44,008 bases of DNA from a virus: positions 1 to 44,008 of the IMG/VR virus record IMGVR_UViG_3300034140_000006; one strand, written 5' to 3'. Shown piece after piece: positions 16,159 to 25,742 of the stretch. The number at the start of each line of letters is the position of its first letter. Positions within the stretch are counted from its first letter, which is position 1. The translations under genes and the position numbers were made by a program. The notes beneath the pieces are model-generated. The model worked only from the letters and a program-made list of their open reading frames with translations, made no database searches and had not been told where the DNA came from.

Positions 16159-18629
16159 CAGATGCTGAATTGCTCGTTAAGGATTTTCGTTTTGCTGGTG
16201 TTGGTTTCTACTACGCGTATGAGTCCCGATTCTTTGATTTCGGTACTATAGACCTTCATTCTCTTGATTGCCTGGGTGGTTTCTTTCGTAGCGGCCAGTA
16301 GTTCTTTCATATGCAGCGAGGAAGTGCCACCATTGCGATATATGTCAGCCAATCGGGGTAATTCAGCGTTAGGGATGCCCATCAGTGAGCTGTTAATAGC
16401 TTTGGGTACCAACCGTTCACCTTCGTCGCCGTACATTAGGATGGTGTCTGTGCCGGCAGGTTCGCCGTTGGTGCGTTTCAGGTATTCAGTACCTTTTGCA
16501 TATTTGGGGATAGGCCGAGCTGCTACTACTGCTGCCTGGATAGCACCCGCAGCAGCAATTAAGGCTACGAAAGGGGCACCAATTGGCAGGGGGGTTACGC
16601 TTAACTGCTTTATTATTGCAAGCGCTGTGTTTATGCCAATCCCAAATAGCGCACTGGCTTTGTCAGCAATAGCTTGCTTTCTTTTAATGTCTGCTTGTTT
16701 CTTGTCGAACTTGTCGTTTATGAATGATTGCGCCTGTTTGTCGTCACCAACCCGCTTGAGTTCTTCTTTGCGCTTGATGTCATTTTCTTCGAGAGACTTC
16801 TGATTTTGTTGGGCGTTGATTTCAAACAGGGCATTGACAAATTGTGCCGCCGTTTCAATTTCTTCCTCCTGCAGAGCCTCGCGGTATTCCTTTACCTTTT
16901 GTAGCCTTTCCTTGTCGGCTTCGGCCGCTATATCCCGGATTTCATTTAGTCGGTCGGTGTGCTTCTTCTCTAAGTCGGTAAGCTTATCGTATTGATCCGT
17001 TGCAGATGGAATAAGGCTTTCGAGTTTGGCCGGCACCTTCAGCGGGTCTATTGCATCAAGTGCGGACTGTGCTTTTTGCTTTATTTCATCAACTTCTTCA
17101 GTTGACAGATCGATAGTTGCCTCAATTCGTGTTTTCTGTCTTGGATTCAGTAGCTGCTCAATCTGGACTTTTACATCTTCAATCTCCTTAGTGATAGCAG
17201 CAATACGGGCCTTACTTCTGCTTTCTAACTGCTCTTTTTGCAGTGCTGTAATCTTATCCTGCAGCTCTTTTAGTAAGCCTAACTCATCATCACCTGCTTT
17301 TTCGTCCTCCTTTTTCTTGTCTTTGTAGTAACCAGTAATCAGGTCAAGTTTTTTCTTGTTTGTCGCTAAGGCTAATTCCAATCGCTTTTGTTCAGCGCCT
17401 TTTTCGTCAACTGTATCTTCAGTTCTTACGCCTCTGTTATTCTCAAAGCCTGGTCTTTTGCGCGCCGCTTCTGCCCTTGCAATAAGGAACTCTTGGGCAG
17501 CAATAGCTCTATTTATTTGATCTACGTAGCCTTTCTGGACCCCTTCACCCATCTTTTTGAAGTCCTCTATGAAGCGATCAGCGCGGGTATTGGCTATCTG
17601 ATTGTTCCACTCTTCAGTGGACGTAAGGGCTTGCTTGACAAAATTGACATACTGCGTCAACTGCCCCAATAGAAAGCTGAAAGGTCCGGCCGATCCTTTG
17701 CCGATGGTGACAAACAACTGATCTAAGGCATCGCCAAAGTTGGAGATTTGGCCTTCCAGCGTCTTACTGATGGCAGCCGTTGATCCGGAAACGCCCTGCA
17801 AATCACCAAGGGAAAGAATGTATTCCTTTACTGCTTCCTGCGTGTTCTTTACCTCTGTGGTAATGCCTTTAAAAGTAAACTGGGTAGTGTCACCCGTTTT
17901 CTTAGCAGTGATTCCGAACTCTTTTAGGCGTTCATTCTCTCCGGTGAAGCTGTCTAAGGCTGCTTCTGTGAGTTGGTCAATAGATTTGCCGGTGGAGTTG
18001 GCTATATCAGCCAGCTTCAGAAGTTCAGTTTGGGTAAGCTTAACGCCCCGATTGGCAAACTTTACGTAGGTGTCAGTAAGCTGCTGTACTGAGAAGTTGG
18101 TTTTAGCCGCTGCATCAGCTACTTTCTGTTGGGCGATTTGGGCAGCGGTATTACTCCCGAGCGTGTTAGTTAAGACAGCTTCGTACTTCTGGAATTCAGA
18201 GGTAACCTGTATGACCCGTGTAGCAAACTCTTTGAGCTGGTCAACGGCAAAGTATGCAACAACGGCCGCGCCGACGGATTTGAGGGAACTTTCCTGCTTT
18301 TTTAGTGCATTGGATTGTTTTTCAGTGGAGGAAGTTAGCTTCTGTATCTCCTTCTCGGTTTCTTTGATTTTATCATTGAAGCGCTGAATGGCGGTTGGAT
18401 TGAAGCTGCGATCCCGGGCCGCTGCAAGCTCTGTAATGCGTTGCTTTAGCCCATTAACGAGTCCGGCTTGCTGCTTGACCGGCTCGTTGGCTTTTGCGGC
18501 CGCATCGGCCATGGACTTCCAGGCAGCGGCTAACTGATCTATCTTACTTTCTAACGCATCGACGCCGGCTTGTGCGGCCTTGGTGTCATCAGTGGCGGTA
18601 AGGGCTATCCTAACGTTTTGCAGAGCCAT
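16158..18629 (-). CDS. Tail tape measure protein
   Basis: 823 aa, the largest helical protein in the tail module. Long coiled-coil stretches and a hydrophobic segment ALFGIGINTALAIIKQ...IAAAGAIQAAVVAA near the C-terminus. Confidence 0.85.
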   Translation of the reverse strand: MALQNVRIALTATDDTKAAQAGVDALESKIDQLAAAWKSMADAAAKANEPVKQQAGLVNGLKQRITELAAARDRSFNPTAIQRFNDKIKETEKEIQKLTSSTEKQSNALKKQESSLKSVGAAVVAYFAVDQLKEFATRVIQVTSEFQKYEAVLTNTLGSNTAAQIAQQKVADAAAKTNFSVQQLTDTYVKFANRGVKLTQTELLKLADIANSTGKSIDQLTEAALDSFTGENERLKEFGITAKKTGDTTQFTFKGITTEVKNTQEAVKEYILSLGDLQGVSGSTAAISKTLEGQISNFGDALDQLFVTIGKGSAGPFSFLLGQLTQYVNFVKQALTSTEEWNNQIANTRADRFIEDFKKMGEGVQKGYVDQINRAIAAQEFLIARAEAARKRPGFENNRGVRTEDTVDEKGAEQKRLELALATNKKKLDLITGYYKDKKKEDEKAGDDELGLLKELQDKITALQKEQLESRSKARIAAITKEIEDVKVQIEQLLNPRQKTRIEATIDLSTEEVDEIKQKAQSALDAIDPLKVPAKLESLIPSATDQYDKLTDLEKKHTDRLNEIRDIAAEADKERLQKVKEYREALQEEEIETAAQFVNALFEINAQQNQKSLEENDIKRKEELKRVGDDKQAQSFINDKFDKKQADIKRKQAIADKASALFGIGINTALAIIKQLSVTPLPIGAPFVALIAAAGAIQAAVVAARPIPKYAKGTEYLKRTNGEPAGTDTILMYGDEGERLVPKAINSSLMGIPNAELPRLADIYRNGGTSSLHMKELLAATKETTQAIKRMKVYSTEIKESGLIRVVETNTSKTKILNEQFSI

Positions 18630-18897
18630 CGCTGACTCCTTCCTGGGGGAAAGAAGCCATCCGGTGCTGTTCCTTTAGGCAGGACAAGTACAACTGATAG
18701 GCAATCACGAAATTATCTTGACCGAACACCTGCATCCACTCAATGCACCCTTTCACCGACTCCAATATGTCCGAATCAGTCATCTTCAAGGCATAGGCTT
18801 GCTTTACCAGGGCCTTACAGCAACCCTTTTCGATATCCAAGGCTTTCTCTATCCTACGATGCAGCGGCTGTATCCCGAGTGCTGTTTTGAAAGACAT
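18610..18897 (-). CDS. Hypothetical protein (95 aa), tail-chaperone position
   Basis: Directly upstream of the tape measure gene and overlapping it by 20 nt. Confidence 0.5.
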   Translation of the reverse strand: MSFKTALGIQPLHRRIEKALDIEKGCCKALVKQAYALKMTDSDILESVKGCIEWMQVFGQDNFVIAYQLYLSCLKEQHRMASFPQEGVSDGSAKR

Positions 18898-18969
18898 TTC
18901 CGTTCTGTTTATTTTCTGTCAGGTGCTTTTGAAGGATGCACAACTGATGGTGGTGATACTGGTCTATCG

Positions 18970-19626
18970 TTAACTGGCTAAGGGCACGAATCCCCTCAGC
19001 CGATCCATTTGCTTGCGTAAATTTTTGATGGTAGCGCTCTCGTTCTCTATCTCTGAGAGATTCGATAAGTGGCGCTCGTAAATCGCTAGTTGCGTTTCCA
19101 GGCTCTGCTTGGTAAAGTTCCGGAAACTCTCCTCTATAGTATCGACTAAGGGCATGTATTGAGCGATTGGCGTGCTCAAAAAAAAAGCAAGCGTTGCCTT
19201 ATCCTTTTGCCAGTGCTCGATCTTAGATTCACAGTAATCTTTATCCAGCGAGTATGGGTTTTCCGACTGATCAAAGTACCAGACCGAAGCTAGGTTATAC
19301 AGCAGCGGTACGTGGTAGCAGTAGGACCGAATAGCACGGATATTACCAGATAGCCTGGCCGCTTCTACCAGATTCCCGGTATTGTGATACTCATCTAGCG
19401 TATTGAGGAAAATATCAAAGTCCTGATGCGTGAGTTTGTGGTGTTCAAAGGCCCAAATCATATCCACGGCAGCGGCGTACCGTTCGTAGTACTTAGCAAA
19501 ACCGGACCCTTTGAAATGATAGTAGTCAATCCCGCCGCTAGTGAAGGCGAACTCAATGTCGGCAGCCTGGAACTTTTGAGGGGTCCGGCGAAAGAGGGCG
19601 CGTATTTTATTATAGAGATTAATCAT
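18970..19626 (-). CDS. Hypothetical protein (218 aa), tail-chaperone position
   Basis: TGATG coupling to the upstream gene. No motif recognised. Confidence 0.55.
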   Translation of the reverse strand: MINLYNKIRALFRRTPQKFQAADIEFAFTSGGIDYYHFKGSGFAKYYERYAAAVDMIWAFEHHKLTHQDFDIFLNTLDEYHNTGNLVEAARLSGNIRAIRSYCYHVPLLYNLASVWYFDQSENPYSLDKDYCESKIEHWQKDKATLAFFLSTPIAQYMPLVDTIEESFRNFTKQSLETQLAIYERHLSNLSEIENESATIKNLRKQMDRLRGFVPLAS

Positions 19627-19988
19627 CAGTTTTCCCTTTGACAGGGGATTACAGCTTCTGAATGATGATCAGCACCTAGCTTATTGATCAAGCCCCCCAT
19701 AGGGAAATTAGGTGTCGGCAATGCGTTTTGTGCGTTTCTTTCTGCGCACTGTTCCATCTTTTCCAGCAGCAAATCCATAACAACGAGTGCCGATTCTTCA
19801 GATAAGGCTTTACTTTCGTATGCGTCAATCACACTCTTTGCACAGTAATGCAAGCACTTCATTTCGACAAACGCCCCACTAGGCTCACCAGGTGTCTTGC
19901 CAAAACAATTAGAAAGGCCTTCAACCCAGGCAAAGGATGCCGTTGAGATTGTAAAAAACTGCTTAAGCTTGTTTATTTTTTCGCTCAT
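19626..19988 (-). CDS. Hypothetical protein (120 aa)
   Basis: ATG at 19988. In the tail module. Confidence 0.55.
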   Translation of the reverse strand: MSEKINKLKQFFTISTASFAWVEGLSNCFGKTPGEPSGAFVEMKCLHYCAKSVIDAYESKALSEESALVVMDLLLEKMEQCAERNAQNALPTPNFPMGGLINKLGADHHSEAVIPCQREN

Positions 19989-20004
19989 GATAGATTAGTT
20001 TTCC

Positions 20005-20496
20005 CTACTGTGACTCTTCACAACAAATGTCGGTTACGTATCGGTATAGGTCGTAATTGAAAGCGAAAACGTAGTAATCCTGGTTATACCCTTCGTGCTT
20101 TAGCGGATCATCTATCAGAAAATACTTTTTCAGCACATCCAAAGCACTGTGATTATAGCCGGTTGTCTGAATAGTGACCCCTGACATCCTCAAAGCCTCC
20201 AAAGCTGCCACTATCACATCGTGCGTTTCAGCGTCCTTACAGTAGCAGCACAGGGCCATAGGGACCGTTTCCTGCGTAACAAAGCGCAGAGGGGTAAACT
20301 TGCTATCCCCATCTCTTTTATGAAAGAAGATGTTATCGTATCGATCATCGATCATAATCACATCTTGACCGATAGCGTTTACCACCTTACCATTGTAAGC
20401 CTTTTCCGTGACCGCCCCATAAACAAGGCTGTTTCCGCTCACCTGCTGGCTTATGGCTTCGTTGATCTGGCAAACAATGGATGTTTTATCGCTCAT
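20005..20496 (-). CDS. Hypothetical virion protein (163 aa)
   Basis: ATG at 20496 (the track start at 20499 is TTG). In the tail module. No motif recognised. Confidence 0.55.
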   Translation of the reverse strand: MSDKTSIVCQINEAISQQVSGNSLVYGAVTEKAYNGKVVNAIGQDVIMIDDRYDNIFFHKRDGDSKFTPLRFVTQETVPMALCCYCKDAETHDVIVAALEALRMSGVTIQTTGYNHSALDVLKKYFLIDDPLKHEGYNQDYYVFAFNYDLYRYVTDICCEESQ

Positions 20497-20510
20497 CAAA
20501 TGAGGTATTA

Positions 20511-20720
20511 CTAATTGTTGTGTTTATTGGCACTATACAATCCTTTAAAAGACGGCAGGGTCTTTATATTTTGCTTTAATTCAGCAACGTACATTTCCTC
20601 TCTCTTTAGATCATCTTCTGCTTTAAGTAACAAATCATATGCTGATTCGGCTGCTTTTAGCAACAACCAAAAACGCCAAAGCAACACGGCAATAAAGGAT
20701 AAGTAAAACAGATGTATCAT
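20511..20720 (-). CDS. Small membrane protein (69 aa)
   Basis: N-terminal TM LFYLSFIAVLLWRFWLLL followed by a charged helix. Confidence 0.5.
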   Translation of the reverse strand: MIHLFYLSFIAVLLWRFWLLLKAAESAYDLLLKAEDDLKREEMYVAELKQNIKTLPSFKGLYSANKHNN

Positions 20721-20730
20721 CTTGTAGGAT

Positions 20731-21204
20731 TTATAGGTTGTTTATCTTTTCCAGTATCTCAGCAATGGCCCCATCTACTACTGCTTTTTCTTCAGCTGCT
20801 GATAATTCGTAAGTAGTACCGTAATAAGCCTCATTATATTCTGCGATCTGTGCAGCCCTATCATTCAAGAACCCTATTTCCACGCTGTTCGCATCAGCAC
20901 TGATGATGTCAAACGACCGTTGAGTATCACCTGAGAAGTTCAGATCAACCGTTGCAATCTGTCTACCCTGTTGACGTCTGCGTTTGGCGTGACCGGCAGA
21001 GTAAGCCCCTGTAGTCTTCTTAGCCTTACTTCTTCGTGCCCTTCCATCACTACCGGCACCTTTCTGCTGATTACGATTCAGGATCATAGCGACCGCCGTA
21101 AGGCCCGCAGTACGTAGCACGTTGGCATTGTCACCCAATGAGTCCAATTGCTCACGGACTTCGTCGAGTTGCTGCTTATAGTTGCCGGTGATCGTGTAGC
21201 TCAT
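20731..21204 (-). CDS. Virion morphogenesis / tail-completion-like protein (157 aa)
   Basis: The pattern GR...K...YS..HAKRR...GR...VDLNFSGD resembles Mu G / Phage_tail_S-type proteins. Assigned from memory. Confidence 0.45.
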   Translation of the reverse strand: MSYTITGNYKQQLDEVREQLDSLGDNANVLRTAGLTAVAMILNRNQQKGAGSDGRARRSKAKKTTGAYSAGHAKRRRQQGRQIATVDLNFSGDTQRSFDIISADANSVEIGFLNDRAAQIAEYNEAYYGTTYELSAAEEKAVVDGAIAEILEKINNL

Positions 21205-21412
21205 CGATAGCTTCGTTAAGCTGATTTCTTAATTGATTGCTTTCTTTTAGTGCAGCAGACAGGTTTCTCATTTCCATGTCGTACAGTCTCTTCAGGTGAA
21301 TATAATTTTCTATCAGTAAACGAACTGATTTTAATAAAGTCCACTGTTGAAAGTGCTCTGGAACTCGTTTATAATACCAAGCAAACAACCAATGATTTAT
21401 TTTTAGAATCAT
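21176..21412 (-). CDS. Hypothetical protein (78 aa)
   Basis: ATG at 21412, overlapping the upstream stop by 4 nt. Confidence 0.45.
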   Translation of the reverse strand: MILKINHWLFAWYYKRVPEHFQQWTLLKSVRLLIENYIHLKRLYDMEMRNLSAALKESNQLRNQLNEAIDELHDHRQL

Positions 21413-22455
21413 ACTAAAGAATCATACCGATAGCCACTCACGCCATTGCAATTAAAGCAAATGGTGTTTTCGTCTACCGGTATGCGTTGAATCGTTAAGT
21501 TGAGATACTTCTTATAGTCGGCCTCGTACTCAGTACGAAGATCTGCAGTCATTTCCAGGTTGCCATTAGCCCAAAAACCAAGCTTGTAACTCCCTAGCTT
21601 CTGCTTCATCATTTCAGCAGCGCATAGGTATTGCCAGGTTTGGGCGAAATGATGCTTGTTTTCGCATAGGTAGGAGTCAATGCCGCACAGGATTTCCGCA
21701 CGTAAGTTTACCCCAAAGGTCTGTAATCGCGTGGTGAGGCTGTTAGTTATTCCCAACAATGGCATATGCACATAAGAAGCTGGTCTAATATGGAAATAAG
21801 CTACCTCATCATTGTGGCACGGATTGCAGAAACACCCATCCCAACCATTACCCAGCATATCGTACCAGTAGTAATCCTGCTGCAGATTTTCGTATAGGTC
21901 TAAAGTGGTAGCATCCATGCCCACAAAAACTTCCATACTCTCCGTATTCAGCGTAAGTGTCTTGTTGATCTCCACCGCATTGAATCCAATGACTACATTT
22001 ACAGGGTCGCTTTCATACACCTTTTCGCCGGTACGCACATCAAAGCCCCTCACAAGCGTCGTTCCGGTCGTAGCTGAGTAGAACTCCAACGAGCCTAGTC
22101 TAATGCCGCCATACTGCGCAAATGGGGCTTGAATCACTACTCCAACGTAACCCGCCGTTACCGGCAATAGGGTAGAAGGGCGTTTTAATGATAGTCTTCT
22201 TGTCTGATAGACTACGGTATTGAAGTTAAGCTTCTTCACCTGCTGCATAGCACCACTTACGTCTGCTTGCAACCGCCCCCAGGCACGTTTCTGAACCTTT
22301 TCCCACGTCTGAACGAATGAAGGCAGCTCCTTGGGCGTAATGGCCTGTACGAGTTCTGTTTCCATTCCTGGAAGATCGTTGAGGTACAGCCCGCTCTTTG
22401 GCTCCGGCAGTCCGCAACCTAGCAATCCGACATAATCCTGAAGACAGAAGGCCAT
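21409..22455 (-). CDS. Virion structural protein (348 aa), function unassigned
   Basis: Large ORF in the head-tail joining region. No motif recognised. Confidence 0.6.
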   Translation of the reverse strand: MAFCLQDYVGLLGCGLPEPKSGLYLNDLPGMETELVQAITPKELPSFVQTWEKVQKRAWGRLQADVSGAMQQVKKLNFNTVVYQTRRLSLKRPSTLLPVTAGYVGVVIQAPFAQYGGIRLGSLEFYSATTGTTLVRGFDVRTGEKVYESDPVNVVIGFNAVEINKTLTLNTESMEVFVGMDATTLDLYENLQQDYYWYDMLGNGWDGCFCNPCHNDEVAYFHIRPASYVHMPLLGITNSLTTRLQTFGVNLRAEILCGIDSYLCENKHHFAQTWQYLCAAEMMKQKLGSYKLGFWANGNLEMTADLRTEYEADYKKYLNLTIQRIPVDENTICFNCNGVSGYRYDSLV

Positions 22456-22628
22456 TATTTGGGTCTATTATATTCCTCTATTAATTTCATCTGGAGCTTA
22501 AGGTTCTCTCTTAACTCTTCATCCTTTGCCTTTTGTTCTGCAATGAACCTATCAACGTCACGTTGAAGAAACGACAAAAACACCAAATCTGCTAAAGGGA
22601 CTTGATTAAACAGAAAAGGAAAACTCAT
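22455..22628 (-). CDS. Hypothetical protein (57 aa, trimmed start)
   Basis: ATG 22628 forms an ATGA overlap with the stop of the upstream membrane-protein ORF. The longer track version would overlap it by 73 nt. Confidence 0.45.
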   Translation of the reverse strand: MSFPFLFNQVPLADLVFLSFLQRDVDRFIAEQKAKDEELRENLKLQMKLIEEYNRPK

Positions 22629-23014
22629 TTCCATAGCCTTTGAAAAGTTCGTAAATACAGATACTGCATTCCCCAAAACAGGGGTAAATACAGCCAATGA
22701 AGTTCAAGAAACAGAAAGAAGGTGATCCAAGCGATATGCGCAGAGTAACAATATACGCAGAGGCCAAAAGGCTTTAACCAGAATCGCTTCCAATGGTGCT
22801 CTTTCCTATGCCACACCACCCGCCACAGGTACACCAGCAGCAGATAGTACCGGCCAAGAAGATTTCCCGGCTCCAGACACTTTTCCAGAAACAGAGACGC
22901 GCCCGTTACTAGAAGGGAGTAGAAAAGGATGCCAGATTCGGGGCGAACAGCCAGGCTTTCCGCAACCGGAGAGATTGAATTGAGTTGCCATAGTATGTTT
23001 ATTTTAATGATCAC
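22625..23014 (-). CDS. Trp-rich multi-pass membrane protein (129 aa; GTG start)
   Basis: About 4 hydrophobic segments (ILFYSLLVTGASLFL, YYLLLVYLW, FGLCVYCYSAHIAWITFFLFL, LYLPLFWGMQYLYL). The only ORF that fills this interval. Confidence 0.5.
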   Translation of the reverse strand: MIIKINILWQLNSISPVAESLAVRPESGILFYSLLVTGASLFLEKCLEPGNLLGRYYLLLVYLWRVVWHRKEHHWKRFWLKPFGLCVYCYSAHIAWITFFLFLELHWLYLPLFWGMQYLYLRTFQRLWK

Positions 23015-23017
23015 TGT

Positions 23018-23284
23018 TTAATCTTGATCTGGGTTAGCTACAGATACAAAAGACCTCCATAGTTTTACAAACGCTTCACGTTTCATTTGTGGCAGCGTAC
23101 CCTTATGGTCATATTTGCGTTCTTCATATATCTCAATGAATAATCCCCCATCGAAATAAACCTTATAGGTGAGCCAAGAGCTGTCCCCCTGAACAGGCCC
23201 AACTCTATAGACTTTGCTTATATCAATCGTTTGATCACCAATATCTATAATCGGTCCTTGATCCATATCTTTTAGGTCTGTCAT
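23018..23284 (-). CDS. Hypothetical protein (88 aa)
   Basis: ATGA overlap with the upstream gene. Confidence 0.55.
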   Translation of the reverse strand: MTDLKDMDQGPIIDIGDQTIDISKVYRVGPVQGDSSWLTYKVYFDGGLFIEIYEERKYDHKGTLPQMKREAFVKLWRSFVSVANPDQD

Positions 23285-23712
23285 ATATTGTATTCATCGG
23301 AGAAGTCGCTGCTTGAGTATTCAGCCTGCCCATTGTACGCGCAATCGGTCAGGTCAATGAGGTAATCCGTCTCACTGTCGAGCGTATCAGCTACTCTGAA
23401 CTGTACGCCCGGGTAAGTCTTTCCTTCACAGTCCCGATACAGGAAGTCATCCACGAACAACACGAAAACACCAGCCCACGGATTCATCAGTTTGGCCGGC
23501 AGGTCGCTTTCGTTGCCTCGTAGTTGGAGGGTAATTTCGCCTTGATTGTTTGTTTTCTTTCTTAGGACATACACTTTGCCGTTAGGTGCCCGTAATCGGA
23601 ATACTTTCTTGTCGTCATCATTGCCACTTATCAACGTGGTTTTAATCCGGAGTGTGGATAGACAGTCAGGAATCGAGGGAATGCGGTATACGTTCTTAGG
23701 TAAACAGATCAT
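23281..23712 (-). CDS. Hypothetical protein (143 aa), first gene after the terL terminator
   Basis: ATG at 23712. Confidence 0.55.
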   Translation of the reverse strand: MICLPKNVYRIPSIPDCLSTLRIKTTLISGNDDDKKVFRLRAPNGKVYVLRKKTNNQGEITLQLRGNESDLPAKLMNPWAGVFVLFVDDFLYRDCEGKTYPGVQFRVADTLDSETDYLIDLTDCAYNGQAEYSSSDFSDEYNI

Positions 23713-23778
23713 AGCTGCAAATCTTGACCCTAAGATAAAACACGCGTTTCACGTTGCTTAGCCAACAAAGGAGGGCAC

Positions 23779-23808
23779 AAAAAAGACGGTAGCGGGAGTG
23801 CTACCGTC
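23779..23808 (-). terminator. Rho-independent terminator (- strand) after terL
   Basis: Perfect 9-bp stem gacggtagc/gctaccgtc with a 6-nt loop. On the minus strand it is followed by TTTTTT. Confidence 0.8.
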
Positions 23809-23820
23809 TTCAACAGTTGC

Positions 23821-23869
23821 AAACTGGAATGTTGACAAGCTTGGCGGCATATGGAAACATTTCCAGTTT
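23821..23869. repeat. Long imperfect inverted repeat (aaactggaatgtt / aacatttccagttt, 22-nt spacer)
   Basis: Read directly. The arms are 13 and 14 nt with one extra base in the second arm. Confidence 0.5.
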
Positions 23870-23965
23870 TAGTATCGGCACCTAACTTAAGTACCAGCAC
23901 TTGGCTACAAAGCTTACTAAACTATAATAACCCGTAACAAACTTAGCGAAAAACACAGCCTTATC

Positions 23966-25273
23966 CTAGGCAACTGCCTTATGATTGAGCCCTAGCATCT
24001 GGAATTCATCGTAATGGAAGGCAACGTGGTCGTATCGGAAAGCATCAGCCACGTGCCCATAGTCGTGCTTATTACAGTCGTGCTTATCAAGTCCGCCATC
24101 TGATGACGTCTTGGTTCGCTGAATGTCTGATATCAATGTCGGACAGCCCTGCTCTGAGATGCGTAAGTCAGGGGAGAAGGTGAGGAGTCCATTGGTGATT
24201 AGCCGACTGTTAACGTAAGACACGGGCGCAGTGAGCACCCGGGAAAAGTCGCCTTCTGGAATACATTGCCGAATTATCTGGTACCCTGAGATATTACCAG
24301 CAGAGAAAGCCGAACCGCCATTGCCCGAAGGGTCACCCGTAATGAAGTAATAAGGGGCCGGAAACATAGCTTTCACCGTCGCACACAGGCCATAGAGGTC
24401 TAAGCCTGGTTCATGAAACTCCTTCAGATAGTGATTAGACCGCATAGGCGTCTTCTGACTAATAAGGCAGGTTTCCCGCTTACTATTGAAGTCAAAGGAT
24501 AGGTAAACCGGTTCATTCCGGTTAAATTCAAGTTCCTTGCTTACGTGCTTGGCATAGTTGAATTTGGAGAAGAAGGGGTTTTCGGGTCGGATGATTCCCC
24601 AGTTTCCAAGGGCGTAGACTTCGTAGTACAAGGGGTCGATTTCCCGCATTCGGTTGAGTACTGCCGCATAATCTGACCCGACAAAGCGATTGTCCAGATA
24701 TGTAGTCTTAAGAGTGGTGGTATCATCAGGATTGCCGGTAAAGAAGCGTTTAACAAGCCAATGTTCTTTGTTGATGGGGTTGAAGGAAAGGAATATCTTT
24801 TTGCGTTCGTCGGATTCACCGCGCAAACGAATGTCGATCTGGTTGAATTCTTCCTTGGATAGTTCGGTAGCCTCTTCTACCCAAATCTCTTGCATTTCAG
24901 CTAGTGACTTGAGCTTTTCAGGGTCGGATACCCCAAAGAACCATATCTCATTTCCGTTGATGTGAATTTCAAAGCGTCCATCGAAGAAGCGTACTTCGTC
25001 TTCAATGTTCCATCGTTTGGCAACGTCTTTGAATTGCTGATAGACTGATTTCCGGATGGTATCAGCTACTTTGCGAATGACGGCATATTTGCGCCCCCGG
25101 GTTTGGAGGCACTTAATGAACAATCTGGCCGCTAAGAAGTCGCTCTTGCCACTTCCACCACCACCATAAGCAACGTTATAACGGGTATCCGTTGCCAGGA
25201 GAGGCAGATACACGTCATTAAAAAAGGAATTATCAATTAGAACATCATCTTCCTCAAGTTGTAGGGACGTCAT
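23966..25273 (-). CDS. terL: Terminase large subunit
   Basis: Walker A motif VAYGGGGSGKS. Overall resemblance to PBSX-family terL. ATG at 25273 (the track start at 25276 is TTG). Confidence 0.9.
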   Translation of the reverse strand: MTSLQLEEDDVLIDNSFFNDVYLPLLATDTRYNVAYGGGGSGKSDFLAARLFIKCLQTRGRKYAVIRKVADTIRKSVYQQFKDVAKRWNIEDEVRFFDGRFEIHINGNEIWFFGVSDPEKLKSLAEMQEIWVEEATELSKEEFNQIDIRLRGESDERKKIFLSFNPINKEHWLVKRFFTGNPDDTTTLKTTYLDNRFVGSDYAAVLNRMREIDPLYYEVYALGNWGIIRPENPFFSKFNYAKHVSKELEFNRNEPVYLSFDFNSKRETCLISQKTPMRSNHYLKEFHEPGLDLYGLCATVKAMFPAPYYFITGDPSGNGGSAFSAGNISGYQIIRQCIPEGDFSRVLTAPVSYVNSRLITNGLLTFSPDLRISEQGCPTLISDIQRTKTSSDGGLDKHDCNKHDYGHVADAFRYDHVAFHYDEFQMLGLNHKAVA

Positions 25274-25742
25274 CAACGCCCCCCTTTCCTGGAATACTTG
25301 GAATATTGAGGTTAACTACAATCTTGCGTTTGGGCTTGCTTTCTTGCGCTTTCTCTTTGTCTTTGGCATAGAAACCAATATGTCGGGCAATCTGATCAGT
25401 GGCTTTATTGGCTCCAGCACTATCGAATTTCCATTCACCAGTCTCTTTCAGTTCCCCGTCGATCCACTCCATCACTGGTTCGGCCGCCATACAACGGTTG
25501 GATATGTCTACAAAGCGTTGTAACACCCAATCAGCCTCTATTTTAAGGCGTTCAGAGCGCTTTTGCTTCAATTCATCTATATAATGCTGAATGTTAACTT
25601 TTGTCAACATCGTTGAAGCAATAGAGCGTGCCGTTTCTGCACTATATCCGGCTTCAATAGCCGCTCTAGTGGCGTTCAAGTGAACAAGGTAACATTCGCA
25701 AAAAGTGCGTTGTTTATCGTTTAACTCATTGACATCTGACAT
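25254..25742 (-). CDS. terS: Terminase small subunit (Terminase_2 type)
   Basis: LNDKQRTFCECYLVHLNATRAAIEAGYSAETARSIASTMLTKVNIQHYI is the typical N-terminal HTH of P27-family terS. ATG at 25742. Confidence 0.85.
   Translation of the reverse strand: MSDVNELNDKQRTFCECYLVHLNATRAAIEAGYSAETARSIASTMLTKVNIQHYIDELKQKRSERLKIEADWVLQRFVDISNRCMAAEPVMEWIDGELKETGEWKFDSAGANKATDQIARHIGFYAKDKEKAQESKPKRKIVVNLNIPSIPGKGGVDDVPTT

Noticed and set aside
18610-19626. Programmed -1 frameshift in tail-chaperone genes upstream of the tape measure gene
   Set aside because: The two candidate ORFs are separated by a 72-nt gap with stops in all continuing frames I checked. No slippery heptamer with an overlapping extension frame was seen.
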